Assembly (NCBI GenBank): GCA_964428355.1
Contig: CAYRYU010000004.1
Coordinates: 131,261-174,441 of the forward strand
Direction of reading: 5' to 3'
Origin: an uncultured bacterium
GTDB lineage: Bacteria > Muiribacteriota > Ozemobacteria > Ozemobacterales > Ozemobacteraceae
DNA: 43,181 bases
Made by a program: the position numbers and the translations under genes. The notes below the pieces were generated by a model. That model was not told where the DNA came from. It did not search any database and was given only the letters and a program-made list of their open reading frames with translations. Every line of letters starts with the position of its first letter. Position 1 is the first letter of the stretch. Shown here one piece after another: positions 17,602 to 26,793 of this stretch.

Positions 17602-19047
17602 ATGAAACAATACGAATTCCTGAAAGGGGTATCCTTGTTTTCCGCCCTTTCCGACGACGAGCTGAAATCCTTTGCCGACAAGGCCGAAAACATCCAGTTC
17701 GTCCGTGATGCCATGATCTGCAAAGAGGGTCAGAAAGCTGATTCCATGTTCGTCATCAAATCCGGGATCGTCCAGATTTTTTGCGACGACGGAAAGGGAG
17801 GACGAAAGGTACTCACCCACCTGAAGCTTGGGGATTATTTCGGGGAAATGGCGCTCCTTACGGAAGAGCCCAGATCGGCCAGTGCTCTTGCCCTGGCCGA
17901 AACCGATGTGATCAAGATCAAGAAGGAGGACTTCCACAATGTCCTGAAAACCTCTCCGGAAGTCTCTCTCAGAATCATCCGGACCCTGTGCGACCGGTTG
18001 GCCAAGTCGAACATCGGCACACCGACCGAGAAGACCTACAACGTCTACGCGGTCATGGGTCCGGACACATCCTCGGGCAAGAGCATGTTCGCGCGCAACC
18101 TGGCCTTCGCGATGAGCAAGATCCTCGGAAAGGATGTCCTGGTCTACGATCCCAACCTGCGCGACGACAGGGTGGCCAAGTATCTTGGGGTCGAGCAGAG
18201 GTCCCGCATCATCGACGAGCTCGTCGACCGTGAGAAGATAACGGACATCAAGAAGTTCACGGTGAGGGCGCCATGCGGTCTCTTGACGATCGTCCCGCAG
18301 GAGAACGGTTTCACCGATCTCCGTCTGAAGGAGTTCCATACGTTTTCGATCATGAAGACGATCATGGACAGCTTCGAATACATCGTGGTCGACTCCAGCT
18401 CGATGTTCACCAAGGTCACGAAGGAGATCGTCCAGAGCGTTGACAAGATCCTCTACCTGATGTCGAGCAAGAATGTCTCCGTCGAGGGCCTCATCGACCA
18501 TTTCGAGGAGACCCGGCGTGGTTGGAAGGTCGATCCCAGCAAGGTTTTTTACGGAGTCAACCATATGACCGACGATCCCTCCCAGGAGGGAAAGATCACG
18601 GAAAAGGCCCGGTCCTTCATCAGGTTCGAGATGCCTTTCGAGAAGAAACTCCAGGGCCACCGGGACCCCGACACCAAGGTCCTGATCGAACGGGAACCAA
18701 ACAACCCCATCTCCGTCGTTGCCCGCGAACAGGCTGAAAAGGTTCTCTTCGACCAGGAGTTCGTGATCTTTCTCCCCACCTTCGCGGGAGATCCTTCCAA
18801 AGCCGACCATTCGAGACGGTGGGCGGACACCGGGGTCCAGGAGCTATCGGCGAAGCTTCGCAATGTCAGCCTGAAGGGGCCGGTAACCCACAACGGCGCT
18901 CCATGCCACCAGATATTCGGGAACGCCTCGAAGTGGTCCCTCAACCAGCAGGTCATCGCCGTTGTCGATTTCGCGAACAAGTTCAAGCAGGAGTTCCATC
19001 TCGAGAAGCTCACCTTCTCCCTCAATGGGCAGGAAAGCGTGGTCTGA
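17602..19047 (+). CDS. fusion protein: N-terminal cyclic-nucleotide-binding (CAP effector-type) domain + ParA/MinD/CpaE-like P-loop ATPase domain with deviant Walker A
   Basis: cNMP-binding signature LKLGDYFGEMALLTEEPRSASALA; downstream YAVMGPDTSSGKSMFARNLAFA (deviant Walker A of SIMIBI-class ATPases); strong RBS. Confidence 0.8.
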   Translation: MKQYEFLKGVSLFSALSDDELKSFADKAENIQFVRDAMICKEGQKADSMFVIKSGIVQIFCDDGKGGRKVLTHLKLGDYFGEMALLTEEPRSASALALAETDVIKIKKEDFHNVLKTSPEVSLRIIRTLCDRLAKSNIGTPTEKTYNVYAVMGPDTSSGKSMFARNLAFAMSKILGKDVLVYDPNLRDDRVAKYLGVEQRSRIIDELVDREKITDIKKFTVRAPCGLLTIVPQENGFTDLRLKEFHTFSIMKTIMDSFEYIVVDSSSMFTKVTKEIVQSVDKILYLMSSKNVSVEGLIDHFEETRRGWKVDPSKVFYGVNHMTDDPSQEGKITEKARSFIRFEMPFEKKLQGHRDPDTKVLIEREPNNPISVVAREQAEKVLFDQEFVIFLPTFAGDPSKADHSRRWADTGVQELSAKLRNVSLKGPVTHNGAPCHQIFGNASKWSLNQQVIAVVDFANKFKQEFHLEKLTFSLNGQESVV

Positions 19048-19071
19048 TCCGAACTTCGGAAAACCAATCGG

Positions 19072-19108
19072 GGCGCGGCATTTCGTTTGCCGCGCCTTTT
19101 TCCATTTT
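19072..19108 (+). terminator. rho-independent terminator (possibly bidirectional) between convergent cNMP-binding gene and M48 protease gene
   Basis: 9-bp stem GGCGCGGCA/TGCCGCGCC with 7-nt loop followed by TTTTTCCATTTT. Confidence 0.6.
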
Positions 19109-19132
19109 ACGGGCCGGTCCGTCTTTCGGGGG

Positions 19133-20431
19133 CTATTCCTTGCCGGCGGGTTGGGTGCCGGTCGCCTGGGAGCCGGTGCCTTGTTCGACGGAGGAGGCCG
19201 GAGCGCTTTCCAGCGCCATCCTTATCCGCTCGATCGCCGGAGGGTGGCTGTATAGCCAGAAGACCACGAAGGGGTGGGGAAGCAGGAATGCCCGGTTGTC
19301 GCGGGCAAGACGCTTTTCGGCTTCGACGAAGGCCTGGGTCAACCCGGTCAGTTCAATCGATGAGGCATCCGCCTGTCGCTCGAAGTACTGGCTGATCTGG
19401 CTCTCCACCGGAGCGGTGAAGAGGCCGAAAACGATCAGGAAAAGCGCGAACGAAGGAAGGTTCTGTGCGCTCCAAAGCGGGCCCAGGCCGAACCTCGGTT
19501 CGGACTGGACGATGGGAAAAATGTACCACAGGAGAAAAGAGCCCGCGAATGCTCCAAGAACGCCCAGGGTAAGACCCTTGAAAACGTGGTCGTGAAGCCA
19601 ATGTCCTGCCTCATGGGCGAAGATCAGCGCGGATTCGTCGACGGTGTGGCTCTTGATGAGTGTGTCGTAGAGGACGATCCGCTTTTCCCCGAACAGGCCG
19701 GTAAAGTATGCGTTGGTGTGTTTCGAATAGCGGCTTTCGTCGATCTGGTAGATCCCCTCGACAGGTATCCGGGCTTTTTCTGCAACCTCCAGTATCTTCG
19801 CTTTCAGAGGTCCGTCGGGAACAGGGGTCTGGTTGTAGAAGATGGGTGTTATCACATATGGAAACAGAAGGGTCAAGCCGACGACTATCAGTGAACTCCC
19901 TAGCGGGAAAACGATCGGCCACCACCGTTCGAAGAACCTGAAGATCCAGAGTATGAAAAGGGTTGAGGCCGAGGAGATCACGAGAGAGACTGCAAGGCTC
20001 TTGGCATACCGTACAAGCCAGTCCACAACGGTCATGTTGGAAAAACCCATCTGGGTCTCGACCACGTGTCCCAGGTAAAAGGAAAATGGAAAAGCCAAAA
20101 TCTGCCGGATAAGGAAATAGGCCAGAATGAAAAGGAGGTTCGCCTTCCAGAAACTCTCCCCCGTGTATCCGGAAATTCTTTGGTAGAGTCCAAGAAAGAA
20201 ACCGCTGTAAACAAGTACCAGCAGAACGATGGGAGTGAAGTATCCGGAGGCGACCTTGGCCCCGAAACCCATTCTGGAATACTCTTTTCCCCGATCGATG
20301 TCCTCGGCCGTGAACCTTTCCATGACGCGATCCCGGGCCGCCTGAGTAGTGTCGCCCGTCCAGGCGAGAAACAGGAGCGTCCCCCGGAGGACAGCCCACA
20401 GAATGAACAAGACCAGAAAAAATCGCGCCAT
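19133..20431 (-). CDS. M48-family (Ste24/HtpX-like) integral membrane zinc metalloprotease
   Basis: HEAGH zinc-binding motif (FAHEAGHWLHDH), multiple TM helices; start set at ATG 20431 (MARFFLVLFIL) rather than alternative TTG at 20452. Confidence 0.85.
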   Translation of the reverse strand: MARFFLVLFILWAVLRGTLLFLAWTGDTTQAARDRVMERFTAEDIDRGKEYSRMGFGAKVASGYFTPIVLLVLVYSGFFLGLYQRISGYTGESFWKANLLFILAYFLIRQILAFPFSFYLGHVVETQMGFSNMTVVDWLVRYAKSLAVSLVISSASTLFILWIFRFFERWWPIVFPLGSSLIVVGLTLLFPYVITPIFYNQTPVPDGPLKAKILEVAEKARIPVEGIYQIDESRYSKHTNAYFTGLFGEKRIVLYDTLIKSHTVDESALIFAHEAGHWLHDHVFKGLTLGVLGAFAGSFLLWYIFPIVQSEPRFGLGPLWSAQNLPSFALFLIVFGLFTAPVESQISQYFERQADASSIELTGLTQAFVEAEKRLARDNRAFLLPHPFVVFWLYSHPPAIERIRMALESAPASSVEQGTGSQATGTQPAGKE

Positions 20432-20657
20432 GTCTCCAATGAATCCTTTCAAGGTATCCGTTTCCGCATGGTTCTCACCAGATTATCACTTTGGCCTGTG
20501 ACTCCCAACGGTTTTTTTCTGACCCCGTAGTTTCCGGAAACGGGGTGGACGGAGAAGAATGAAAGTGTGCCGGGTAAGCTGGTCCCATTCCCAGTTCCAA
20601 GGTTTTTGGGATTGACAGATTCAATGATGAAGAGGGATAATTCGGGTCCGGAAAAGT

Positions 20658-20867
20658 ATGACAGATCAACCTGACCCTCCCCGGGGCAAGGGGAAGCCGA
20701 TCGATTGTCGCATTTGCGCCGAGTTCTACGTGACCTGGGACAAAGGGATGCCCTATGGTTGCCGGGGTCACGGTTTCAAATCCCGGCAACTTCCATCGAT
20801 TGTTGTATTTTCCAGCAGTGGAGTGGCCTGCCTCCTTTACAAGCCCAAGTTCACGCCCAAAGCCTGA
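20658..20867 (+). CDS. small Cys/His-containing hypothetical protein (69 aa), possible Zn-ribbon
   Basis: IDCRICAEFYVTWDKGMPYGCRGHGF (CxxC...C.GH spacing); weak RBS; upstream of murC. Confidence 0.4.
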   Translation: MTDQPDPPRGKGKPIDCRICAEFYVTWDKGMPYGCRGHGFKSRQLPSIVVFSSSGVACLLYKPKFTPKA

Positions 20868-21082
20868 ATTTGCATTGTCAGCGAAGGTGTGCTATTGTAT
20901 CGCGCTATAAATGGCAGGAGGGCCCGGACAGTTTGAATTTCCTGGAATGTGGTTGCGCCGACTGGGCAGATGACGATTTCGGGTTTCCGCGAGAAATCTC
21001 TTCAGGGAAATCCTCCAATCCGCCGATGGGTAACGAAGAAGAGTTTTCGCCAGTCATCGCCAAGGAGGCACAAAACCACATC

Positions 21083-22498
21083 ATGGCAAACTGCAATCGC
21101 GTGCACTTCATCGGAATCGGCGGCGTTGGGATGAGCGGCCTAGCCCGGATCTGTCTCGAGCATGGGATGACCGTTTCGGGGACCGACATTTCCGAGAACG
21201 ACAATACCAGGATGCTCAAAAGCCTTGGGGCCTTGATCTCGTTCGGCCACCAGGCGAGCAACATTCCCCCGGACGCGGGAAAGGTGGTCGTTTCATCTGC
21301 CATCACCCGCGACAACGAGGAGTTGTCGGAAGCCCGAAGGCTGCAGATCCCCATTTTCCACCGGTCCGATCTTCTCGCCGAGCTTTTCCTTGACGCTCGT
21401 TCCGGAATCGCGGTGGCCGGGTGCCACGGAAAGACCACGGTCACATCCATGATAGCCACGATGCTTCAGGATGCCGGGGTCGATCCCACCTGCGTGGTCG
21501 GCGGATATGTCGCCTCAATCAACGGGAACAGCCGGTGCGGAAAATCCGGGGTTTTCGTTGCCGAAGCCGACGAGAGCGATGCCACTTTCCTGAAATACTT
21601 CCCCCAGAGCGGGGTGATCACGAATATCGACAACGACCACATGGACCACTATTCGAACCTCGAATCGATAGTGAAAGCCTTTGAGGTTTTCGCTTCCCAT
21701 GTGGAGCCCGGCGGTTCCATCTACCTCTGTGCCGATGACCCCATCGCCCGAAACATCGCCCTACCAGAAGGTCGGCGGATCCTCACCTACGGGATCGACA
21801 ATCCGGCGTACCTTATGGCCGAGGATGTGAAGCTCCTGCCCTTCGGTTCCGAGTTCAAGCTCACCATCGGAGGGATCAACCGCGGGATTTTCCGTCTCAA
21901 GGTTCCTGGGAAGCACAACGTTTTGAACGTCCTCCCCGTTATCGGGCTCGGGCTCGATCTCGGGGTTTCCATGGAGATGATCCAGAAGGGACTTCTCTCC
22001 TTCCACGGAGCCGGGCGGCGGTTCGAGGTCAAGGGGACCTGGGAAGGAGTCACGGTCATTGATGATTACGGTCACCATCCCAACGAGATCAAGGCGACCC
22101 TTTCGGCCGCGCGTTCTCTCGGGGCGAAACGGATTCTTGTGGTTTTCCAGCCTCACCGGTATTCCCGGACGCAGTTTCTCTCCCGCGAGTTCGGAAGATG
22201 CTTCGGGGATTGCGACCGCTTGTTCCTGACGGACATCTATGCGGCATCCGAAAAGCCGATTCCAGGAGTCTCCAGCCGGATGATCCTGGATCACATGCCA
22301 GTTGCCCAGCGTCACAAGACCCGGTATGTCCGAAACCTCGGGGATATCCCCTTCCAGGTTCTTCAAACCGTTGAGCCCGGGGATGTCGTTTTCACGATCG
22401 GAGCGGGTTCAGTGACCTCCCTCGGGAACGAGATCATCGAGGCAATGAAGACCCGGAGTTTCAAAGCGGAGAGTCTCAAGGCCCATCCCGCCGTCTGA
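21083..22498 (+). CDS. murC: UDP-N-acetylmuramate--L-alanine ligase (MurC; Mpl not excluded)
   Basis: HFIGIGGVGMSGLA Rossmann motif, GCHGKTT ATP-binding loop, Mur ligase middle/C-terminal domains; start uncertain (ATG 21083 vs 21026); ORF-track N-terminal extension from 20705 judged non-coding. Confidence 0.8.
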   Translation: MANCNRVHFIGIGGVGMSGLARICLEHGMTVSGTDISENDNTRMLKSLGALISFGHQASNIPPDAGKVVVSSAITRDNEELSEARRLQIPIFHRSDLLAELFLDARSGIAVAGCHGKTTVTSMIATMLQDAGVDPTCVVGGYVASINGNSRCGKSGVFVAEADESDATFLKYFPQSGVITNIDNDHMDHYSNLESIVKAFEVFASHVEPGGSIYLCADDPIARNIALPEGRRILTYGIDNPAYLMAEDVKLLPFGSEFKLTIGGINRGIFRLKVPGKHNVLNVLPVIGLGLDLGVSMEMIQKGLLSFHGAGRRFEVKGTWEGVTVIDDYGHHPNEIKATLSAARSLGAKRILVVFQPHRYSRTQFLSREFGRCFGDCDRLFLTDIYAASEKPIPGVSSRMILDHMPVAQRHKTRYVRNLGDIPFQVLQTVEPGDVVFTIGAGSVTSLGNEIIEAMKTRSFKAESLKAHPAV

Positions 22499-22511
22499 CA
22501 GGAGGGTCGTT

Positions 22512-22619
22512 GTGGTAACCGCTCCCCTTCTCATTCTTTTCGGCCTCATCCTTGGATTGAGTTGCGTCGATTTCGGGTTCTTCCTGCTCGACGAGGTGAA
22601 AAAGAAACTGGGGACCTGA
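22512..22619 (+). CDS. candidate 35-aa single-TM micropeptide translationally coupled to murC
   Basis: GTG start 6 nt after perfect GGAGGG located 3 nt after murC TGA; VVTAPLLILFGLILGLSCVDFGFFLLDEVKKKLGT (hydrophobic helix + KKK tail); stop overlaps a hairpin. Confidence 0.3.
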   Translation: MVTAPLLILFGLILGLSCVDFGFFLLDEVKKKLGT

Positions 22620-22932
22620 TCCTCCTTCGGGGGAGGTCCCGAAAACTCCGCCGGCTGAGGCGCCCCCATCCGGGCGGAAACGTGACACGTCGCCCTCCGT
22701 GGACTCAGGCGTCCCCGACACGTCGCGCTCCCTGGCGATACAGCCGACTTGCACATTGTACCGCGGAACCGTCAACCGGTTTCGCGGTTCTTTTTCCGGG
22801 CGAGGTCCGGAAGGGGTACGTAGCGAATTTTCTTGTCATGTCCTTGCCATTTTTCCCTGATGGTGGTAGGATGAAAAATCCTTCGGAGTCGGATGGAAAC
22901 GGCCGATCAGTTGATTGGAGTGTAAACCGACG

Positions 22933-23259
22933 ATGATCGAACCATCAAATTCCCCCGAGCGGGAAAACGAGGGCCAGGCATTGTTTCAGAAGGGATTATC
23001 CCTTGAAGCGGACGGGAAGACCGCAGAGGCGATCGATTTCTACCGCCGGGCGGTCGAAACCTGTCCGGATATTGCCCAGGCCCATTTCAACCTCGGGGTG
23101 AATCTCGCCATGCTCGGAAGAAACGAAGAGGCCATCCGGTCCTGGAAGAGGGCGGTTTGGCTGAAGCGCGACTTCATCAACGATCTGGTCACCGCCCTCG
23201 ACCTGGATCACGAGATGCGGGAGATGGAGATCTTTCCCGAGGGAACGCTGCTTTCGTAG
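22933..23259 (+). CDS. small TPR-repeat protein
   Basis: TPR consensus-like AEAIDFYRRAVETCPDIAQAHFNLGVNLAMLGRNEEAIRSWKRAV; weak RBS, start uncertain. Confidence 0.5.
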   Translation: MIEPSNSPERENEGQALFQKGLSLEADGKTAEAIDFYRRAVETCPDIAQAHFNLGVNLAMLGRNEEAIRSWKRAVWLKRDFINDLVTALDLDHEMREMEIFPEGTLLS

Positions 23260-23286
23260 ATCGGTGGAGATTCAGGAGCTGAAGAA

Positions 23287-23448
23287 ATGAACTACTGTTG
23301 GGAAGTCTACAAGAAGTCCGAATGCGAGACCTGCCGGTTCTTTTCCGCCTTCCAGGCCGGGACGCTCGACGTCGAGAAGATGAAGGGGATCATCATGGTC
23401 GATGAGGAAGTCGCAGGCACCAAGATCCCCGCGGAAACCCAAAACTGA
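23287..23448 (+). CDS. small Cys-containing hypothetical protein (53 aa; C-x8-C-x2-C)
   Basis: ATG 23287 with AGGAG 8 nt upstream, 28 nt after preceding stop; MNYCWEVYKKSECETCRFF... Confidence 0.35.
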   Translation: MNYCWEVYKKSECETCRFFSAFQAGTLDVEKMKGIIMVDEEVAGTKIPAETQN

Positions 23449-23544
23449 CGAGATTCGCCGGGGAAGCGCCCCTGAGAGGCTCTCCCCGGCAATCTGGTTC
23501 CCGATTCCCTTTTCCCGACCCGGATCCAATCCGGGGCCCGAGAA

Positions 23545-23925
23545 TCAATCGGTGTTTTTCCTGCGCATTCGCTCTGGATGGAACAGGCGGTCGATGAAGG
23601 AGAACCCCGCAAAGTAGTCTTCATCGAGAGCCGGAAGGTCGGGCATCCAAGGCTTTACTTCCCTGGGGGGGGCCATCAGCATCAAACGTTGCGGGAAACT
23701 CATCTCCAAGGCTTTTTGCTGGCGTTCGCAAGCGCATTCCAGCGAATGGAGCTTGTTTTCCAGGGTTTCCATCTTCCTTGCGATGTTCTTCAGCAGCGCT
23801 TGGTTGGCGGCAAGGACCTGGGCGATGTCAATGGCGGCTTCCTGAACGAAAGGTTGAAGCCCCCGCTCCTCGTTTTCCTCTGAGGGCGGATCCGCCCGGT
23901 CCTTTAGTTTCATCTCTACTTTCAT
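23545..23925 (-). CDS. hypothetical coiled-coil protein (126 aa)
   Basis: AAAGGAG 7 nt upstream of ATG; heptad-like helical sequence, CACERQ pair of Cys. Confidence 0.5.
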   Translation of the reverse strand: MKVEMKLKDRADPPSEENEERGLQPFVQEAAIDIAQVLAANQALLKNIARKMETLENKLHSLECACERQQKALEMSFPQRLMLMAPPREVKPWMPDLPALDEDYFAGFSFIDRLFHPERMRRKNTD

Positions 23926-24087
23926 CCGTTTGCTCCTTTGGAGGGCTTATGAGATCCTATCGGCCTTTCCGGGCCAAACCATTACCCCGAATTGTTCCCG
24001 GAAGAGTCTCGGGCGGTTCCATCTTGGGGCATGGAATTCCAGCATCCAACTTGCCCAAAGGTCCCCCCTGTGGTAGCCTTTGCAGGT

Positions 24088-25878
24088 ATGGAGTCCGTCA
24101 AGGTCCCTTTCATTCTTCTCGTCCTTTTGGTGGGGGTTTTCCTTTATATGGGGAGCCCCTTCAAGCCGCCCCAGACCACGAGGGCAACGGCCACCCCCAC
24201 CCCGACGGTGAAGCCCCCGAACATGAACGATCAACTGAAAAAGGCATCGGAAGCTTTCGACAAGAACGATTTCCAGACCATCATCCAGGCGCTGGACAGT
24301 TTCAAGACTTCCGATGATCATCGGGTCCAGTCGCTGCTTGGCTATGGTTACGCAGGATTGAAGGATCTCCCCGCCGCCGCGGAGGCATTCGAGAAGGCTC
24401 TGAAAGGGCGTCGCGATCCAAGCTATGCGTATTCCCTGGCCTATGTCTACGAGACGATGGGGGAGTTCGCCAAAGCCAGGGACCAGTATCAGGACCTGAA
24501 ATCCGCGCCCCTGACCAAGGGGGTCATGTTGAAGGTCATTCTCGGGATTGCACGCTGTTCGGCCCTGATCAATGAGCCGAAGGCCGCATTCGAAGCATAC
24601 AAAGAAGCGCTCAAGGAAGACCCCACCCGCCTGGATTCCTACCTCGGGATTTTGAAGCTGATGAAAAGCGCCGGATCCTACCAGATGATCCCGAAACTCC
24701 GGGAAAAAGGGGACCAGTACCATTCCGAAAACTTCATGTACAACTTCCTTCTGGGAAACCTATACTACGATTCCGGAGATTTCGAAAAAGCCCTCACGGC
24801 ATTCCAGAAGGCGGCAAAGATCGATCCGAAGAACTCTTCACCTTTTTATTACATCTACCGCATCTACCGGAAGACAAGAAAGATCGAGGAAGCCGTCAAC
24901 GAGCTGGAGAAATTCTACGTCCTCAACCCCTATCTTCCCTTCATCTTCTACCAGGCCGCCCTGGATTCCAAGAACGAGAACCGTCTGGATCTAGCCTTCA
25001 AGTTCCTCCGGACGTCAGTGATAATGGAACGTGCGCTCCTCGGACGCGACGACAACGGGACGATCTACGCAGTGGAAAGATACGTCCAGGAAAACGGGAC
25101 TTCAGACGAAAAACTTTTCATGCAGGTTTTCAAGGAATACACCGGGGGGAACTTCCGTAAGGCTCTCGAACTCGCGATCAAGTCGGCCCCGAAGCTCAAA
25201 GACCGCCGTCTCCAAATGGACAACGACCGCCTCATCGTGGAAGTCCGCTCCCTAGTTGCAGGGGAAGACAAATACAACTCCTATCTGGCGGGCATGAGGG
25301 AGCAGCAGGATGCCGCCATGGCCGCCCTCAAGGCAAAGATGGCCGAGAAAGGCAACCAACCCGAAGCGGTTAAGGCCGATCCGGGAGACGAGCTCAAGCG
25401 CGTTGCCCTTTCCAACCCGAAGGATGCGAAGCTCCAGTATTCCACCGCCCTTCAGCTTGCCCGGCTTGGCGACCTGGATGGGGCGAAGACCTTTCTCCGG
25501 GAGACGATTCGCGCCAACCCCACCATTTCCGAGGCCTACTACTCCCTGGGGAAAATCGCAAAAGTCCAGGGTGATCTGAACGAGGCGTCCAACCATCTTC
25601 TCCAAGCCGTCAAGGTCAATCCTGCCAACAGCCAGGCACATTCGATGCTCGCAACGATTTTCCTGGACATGAACGACACTGAAAGGGCCAGGCAATGCGC
25701 CGAAAGCGCGATCAACAACAACCCCAACAATTCCGAGGCCCGGCTCGTCCTTGCGAAGATCTTCTCCCAGACAAACAAACAAAGGGCACTCGATGAGATC
25801 GAAATCGGCCTGGCGGTCGAACAGGATCCCCAGAAGCAGCAGGAGTTCGCATCCCTCAAGTCCCAGTTGAGCAGGTGA
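24088..25878 (+). CDS. membrane-anchored TPR-repeat protein
   Basis: N-terminal TM helix VKVPFILLVLLVGVFLYMGSP, Thr/Pro linker, numerous TPR-like repeats to C-terminus; start chosen at ATG 24088. Confidence 0.7.
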   Translation: MESVKVPFILLVLLVGVFLYMGSPFKPPQTTRATATPTPTVKPPNMNDQLKKASEAFDKNDFQTIIQALDSFKTSDDHRVQSLLGYGYAGLKDLPAAAEAFEKALKGRRDPSYAYSLAYVYETMGEFAKARDQYQDLKSAPLTKGVMLKVILGIARCSALINEPKAAFEAYKEALKEDPTRLDSYLGILKLMKSAGSYQMIPKLREKGDQYHSENFMYNFLLGNLYYDSGDFEKALTAFQKAAKIDPKNSSPFYYIYRIYRKTRKIEEAVNELEKFYVLNPYLPFIFYQAALDSKNENRLDLAFKFLRTSVIMERALLGRDDNGTIYAVERYVQENGTSDEKLFMQVFKEYTGGNFRKALELAIKSAPKLKDRRLQMDNDRLIVEVRSLVAGEDKYNSYLAGMREQQDAAMAALKAKMAEKGNQPEAVKADPGDELKRVALSNPKDAKLQYSTALQLARLGDLDGAKTFLRETIRANPTISEAYYSLGKIAKVQGDLNEASNHLLQAVKVNPANSQAHSMLATIFLDMNDTERARQCAESAINNNPNNSEARLVLAKIFSQTNKQRALDEIEIGLAVEQDPQKQQEFASLKSQLSR

Positions 25879-25897
25879 TGCGCTTTTTTACCCCCCC

Positions 25898-25940
25898 TGA
25901 CGGAGTCGGACTGACGAAGTCGGACCCTGAAAGTCGGCCG
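25898..25940. repeat. three tandem imperfect 14-bp direct repeats (core AGTCGGAC) between convergent TPR and mazG genes
   Basis: GGAGTCGGAC(25902) / GAAGTCGGAC(25916) / AAAGTCGGCC(25930), period 14. Confidence 0.5.
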
Positions 25941-25976
25941 GGAAGAGGCGGTTCATTGAGCCCTTACGAATGATTG

Positions 25977-26792
25977 TCAATCCGGGGATTTTTCCCCGCG
26001 TTTGGCTTCCTCCCACCAGGCATCCATCTCCTGGAAGCTCTTTCCAGCAAGGCCTCCGGCCGCTTCGGCCTTTTCCTCGATGAACCCGAATCTCCGGACG
26101 AAAACGGCGCAACTTTCTCTCAGAGCGCTTTCAGGGTCGATCCCAAGAAGCCGGGAAACGTTGACTGCTGCGAAAATCAAGTCCCCGACCTCCTTGTGAA
26201 GGTTCCCGGTTTCCCCCTGTGAATGTGCGTTCTCGACCTCGCAGGTTTCCTCCCGAAGTTTTCCCATTGCCGGTTCCCAGGAGGGGAAGTCGAACCCGAC
26301 CTTCGCCGCTTCATCCTGGATCTGGAAAGCGCCTTTGAGAGGGGAGGGGAACGACAGGCATTCGCTCATCCGGGCGGAAAGCCGGTTCTTTTGCCTCTTT
26401 TCCTCCTTCTTGAGCTTTCCCCACATGTCCACGACCATCTCCGGAGTCAGGTCCTGGTCGTTTTCAGCGAAAACGTGGGGATGCCGTGAAACGAGCTTGT
26501 CGCAGATTCCCTTCAGGACCTCGGTGATGGTGAAGGTTCCCTGCTCTCGTGCGATCTGGGACGCAAACACCACCATCATCGAGAGATCTCCAAGCTCCTC
26601 CCTTATCGCAAGCGGATCCTGGCGGTCGATGGCTTCCGCCACCTCTCCCGCCTCCTCGAGGACGAAGGGTTTCAACGACCCGATCGTCTGTTTTCGGTCC
26701 CAGGCACAACCCTGGGGGGAACGGAGTGTGGCCATTATGTCCAGCAGGCGTAAAAACTCGGTTGCGGCTTTTCCATTTTCAGGTTGGTTCAT
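25977..26792 (-). CDS. mazG: nucleoside triphosphate pyrophosphohydrolase MazG
   Basis: LRSPQGCAWDRKQT signature and duplicated MazG EEXXE regions; start ATG 26792 one nt downstream of aroK stop (coupled). Confidence 0.85.
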   Translation of the reverse strand: MNQPENGKAATEFLRLLDIMATLRSPQGCAWDRKQTIGSLKPFVLEEAGEVAEAIDRQDPLAIREELGDLSMMVVFASQIAREQGTFTITEVLKGICDKLVSRHPHVFAENDQDLTPEMVVDMWGKLKKEEKRQKNRLSARMSECLSFPSPLKGAFQIQDEAAKVGFDFPSWEPAMGKLREETCEVENAHSQGETGNLHKEVGDLIFAAVNVSRLLGIDPESALRESCAVFVRRFGFIEEKAEAAGGLAGKSFQEMDAWWEEAKRGEKSPD

Positions 26793-26793
26793 T

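Noticed and set aside
6646-19047. Pycsar/CBASS-like anti-phage signalling interpretation (class-III cyclase + cNMP-binding effector + PLD nuclease)
   Set aside because: The cyclases are large multi-TM HAMP-coupled sensors rather than compact cytosolic Pycsar-type enzymes. The PLD carries a signal peptide and phospholipase-type architecture. The cNMP-binding gene is 5 kb away on the opposite strand with its own promoter. The layout does not match defence-operon organisation.
20705-21082. 126-aa N-terminal extension of the murC ORF in the ORF track
   Set aside because: No similarity to MurC N-termini. It overlaps the small Cys-containing ORF in another frame. MurC homology begins at MANCNRVHFIGIGG.
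22611-22640. Hairpin GGGACC...GGAGGTCCC after murC/micropeptide as intrinsic terminator
   Set aside because: Good stem with a TTCGG loop, but no T-run follows on the plus strand. The T-rich tract is on the minus strand, where there is no gene to terminate. It is kept only as a possible RNA structure.
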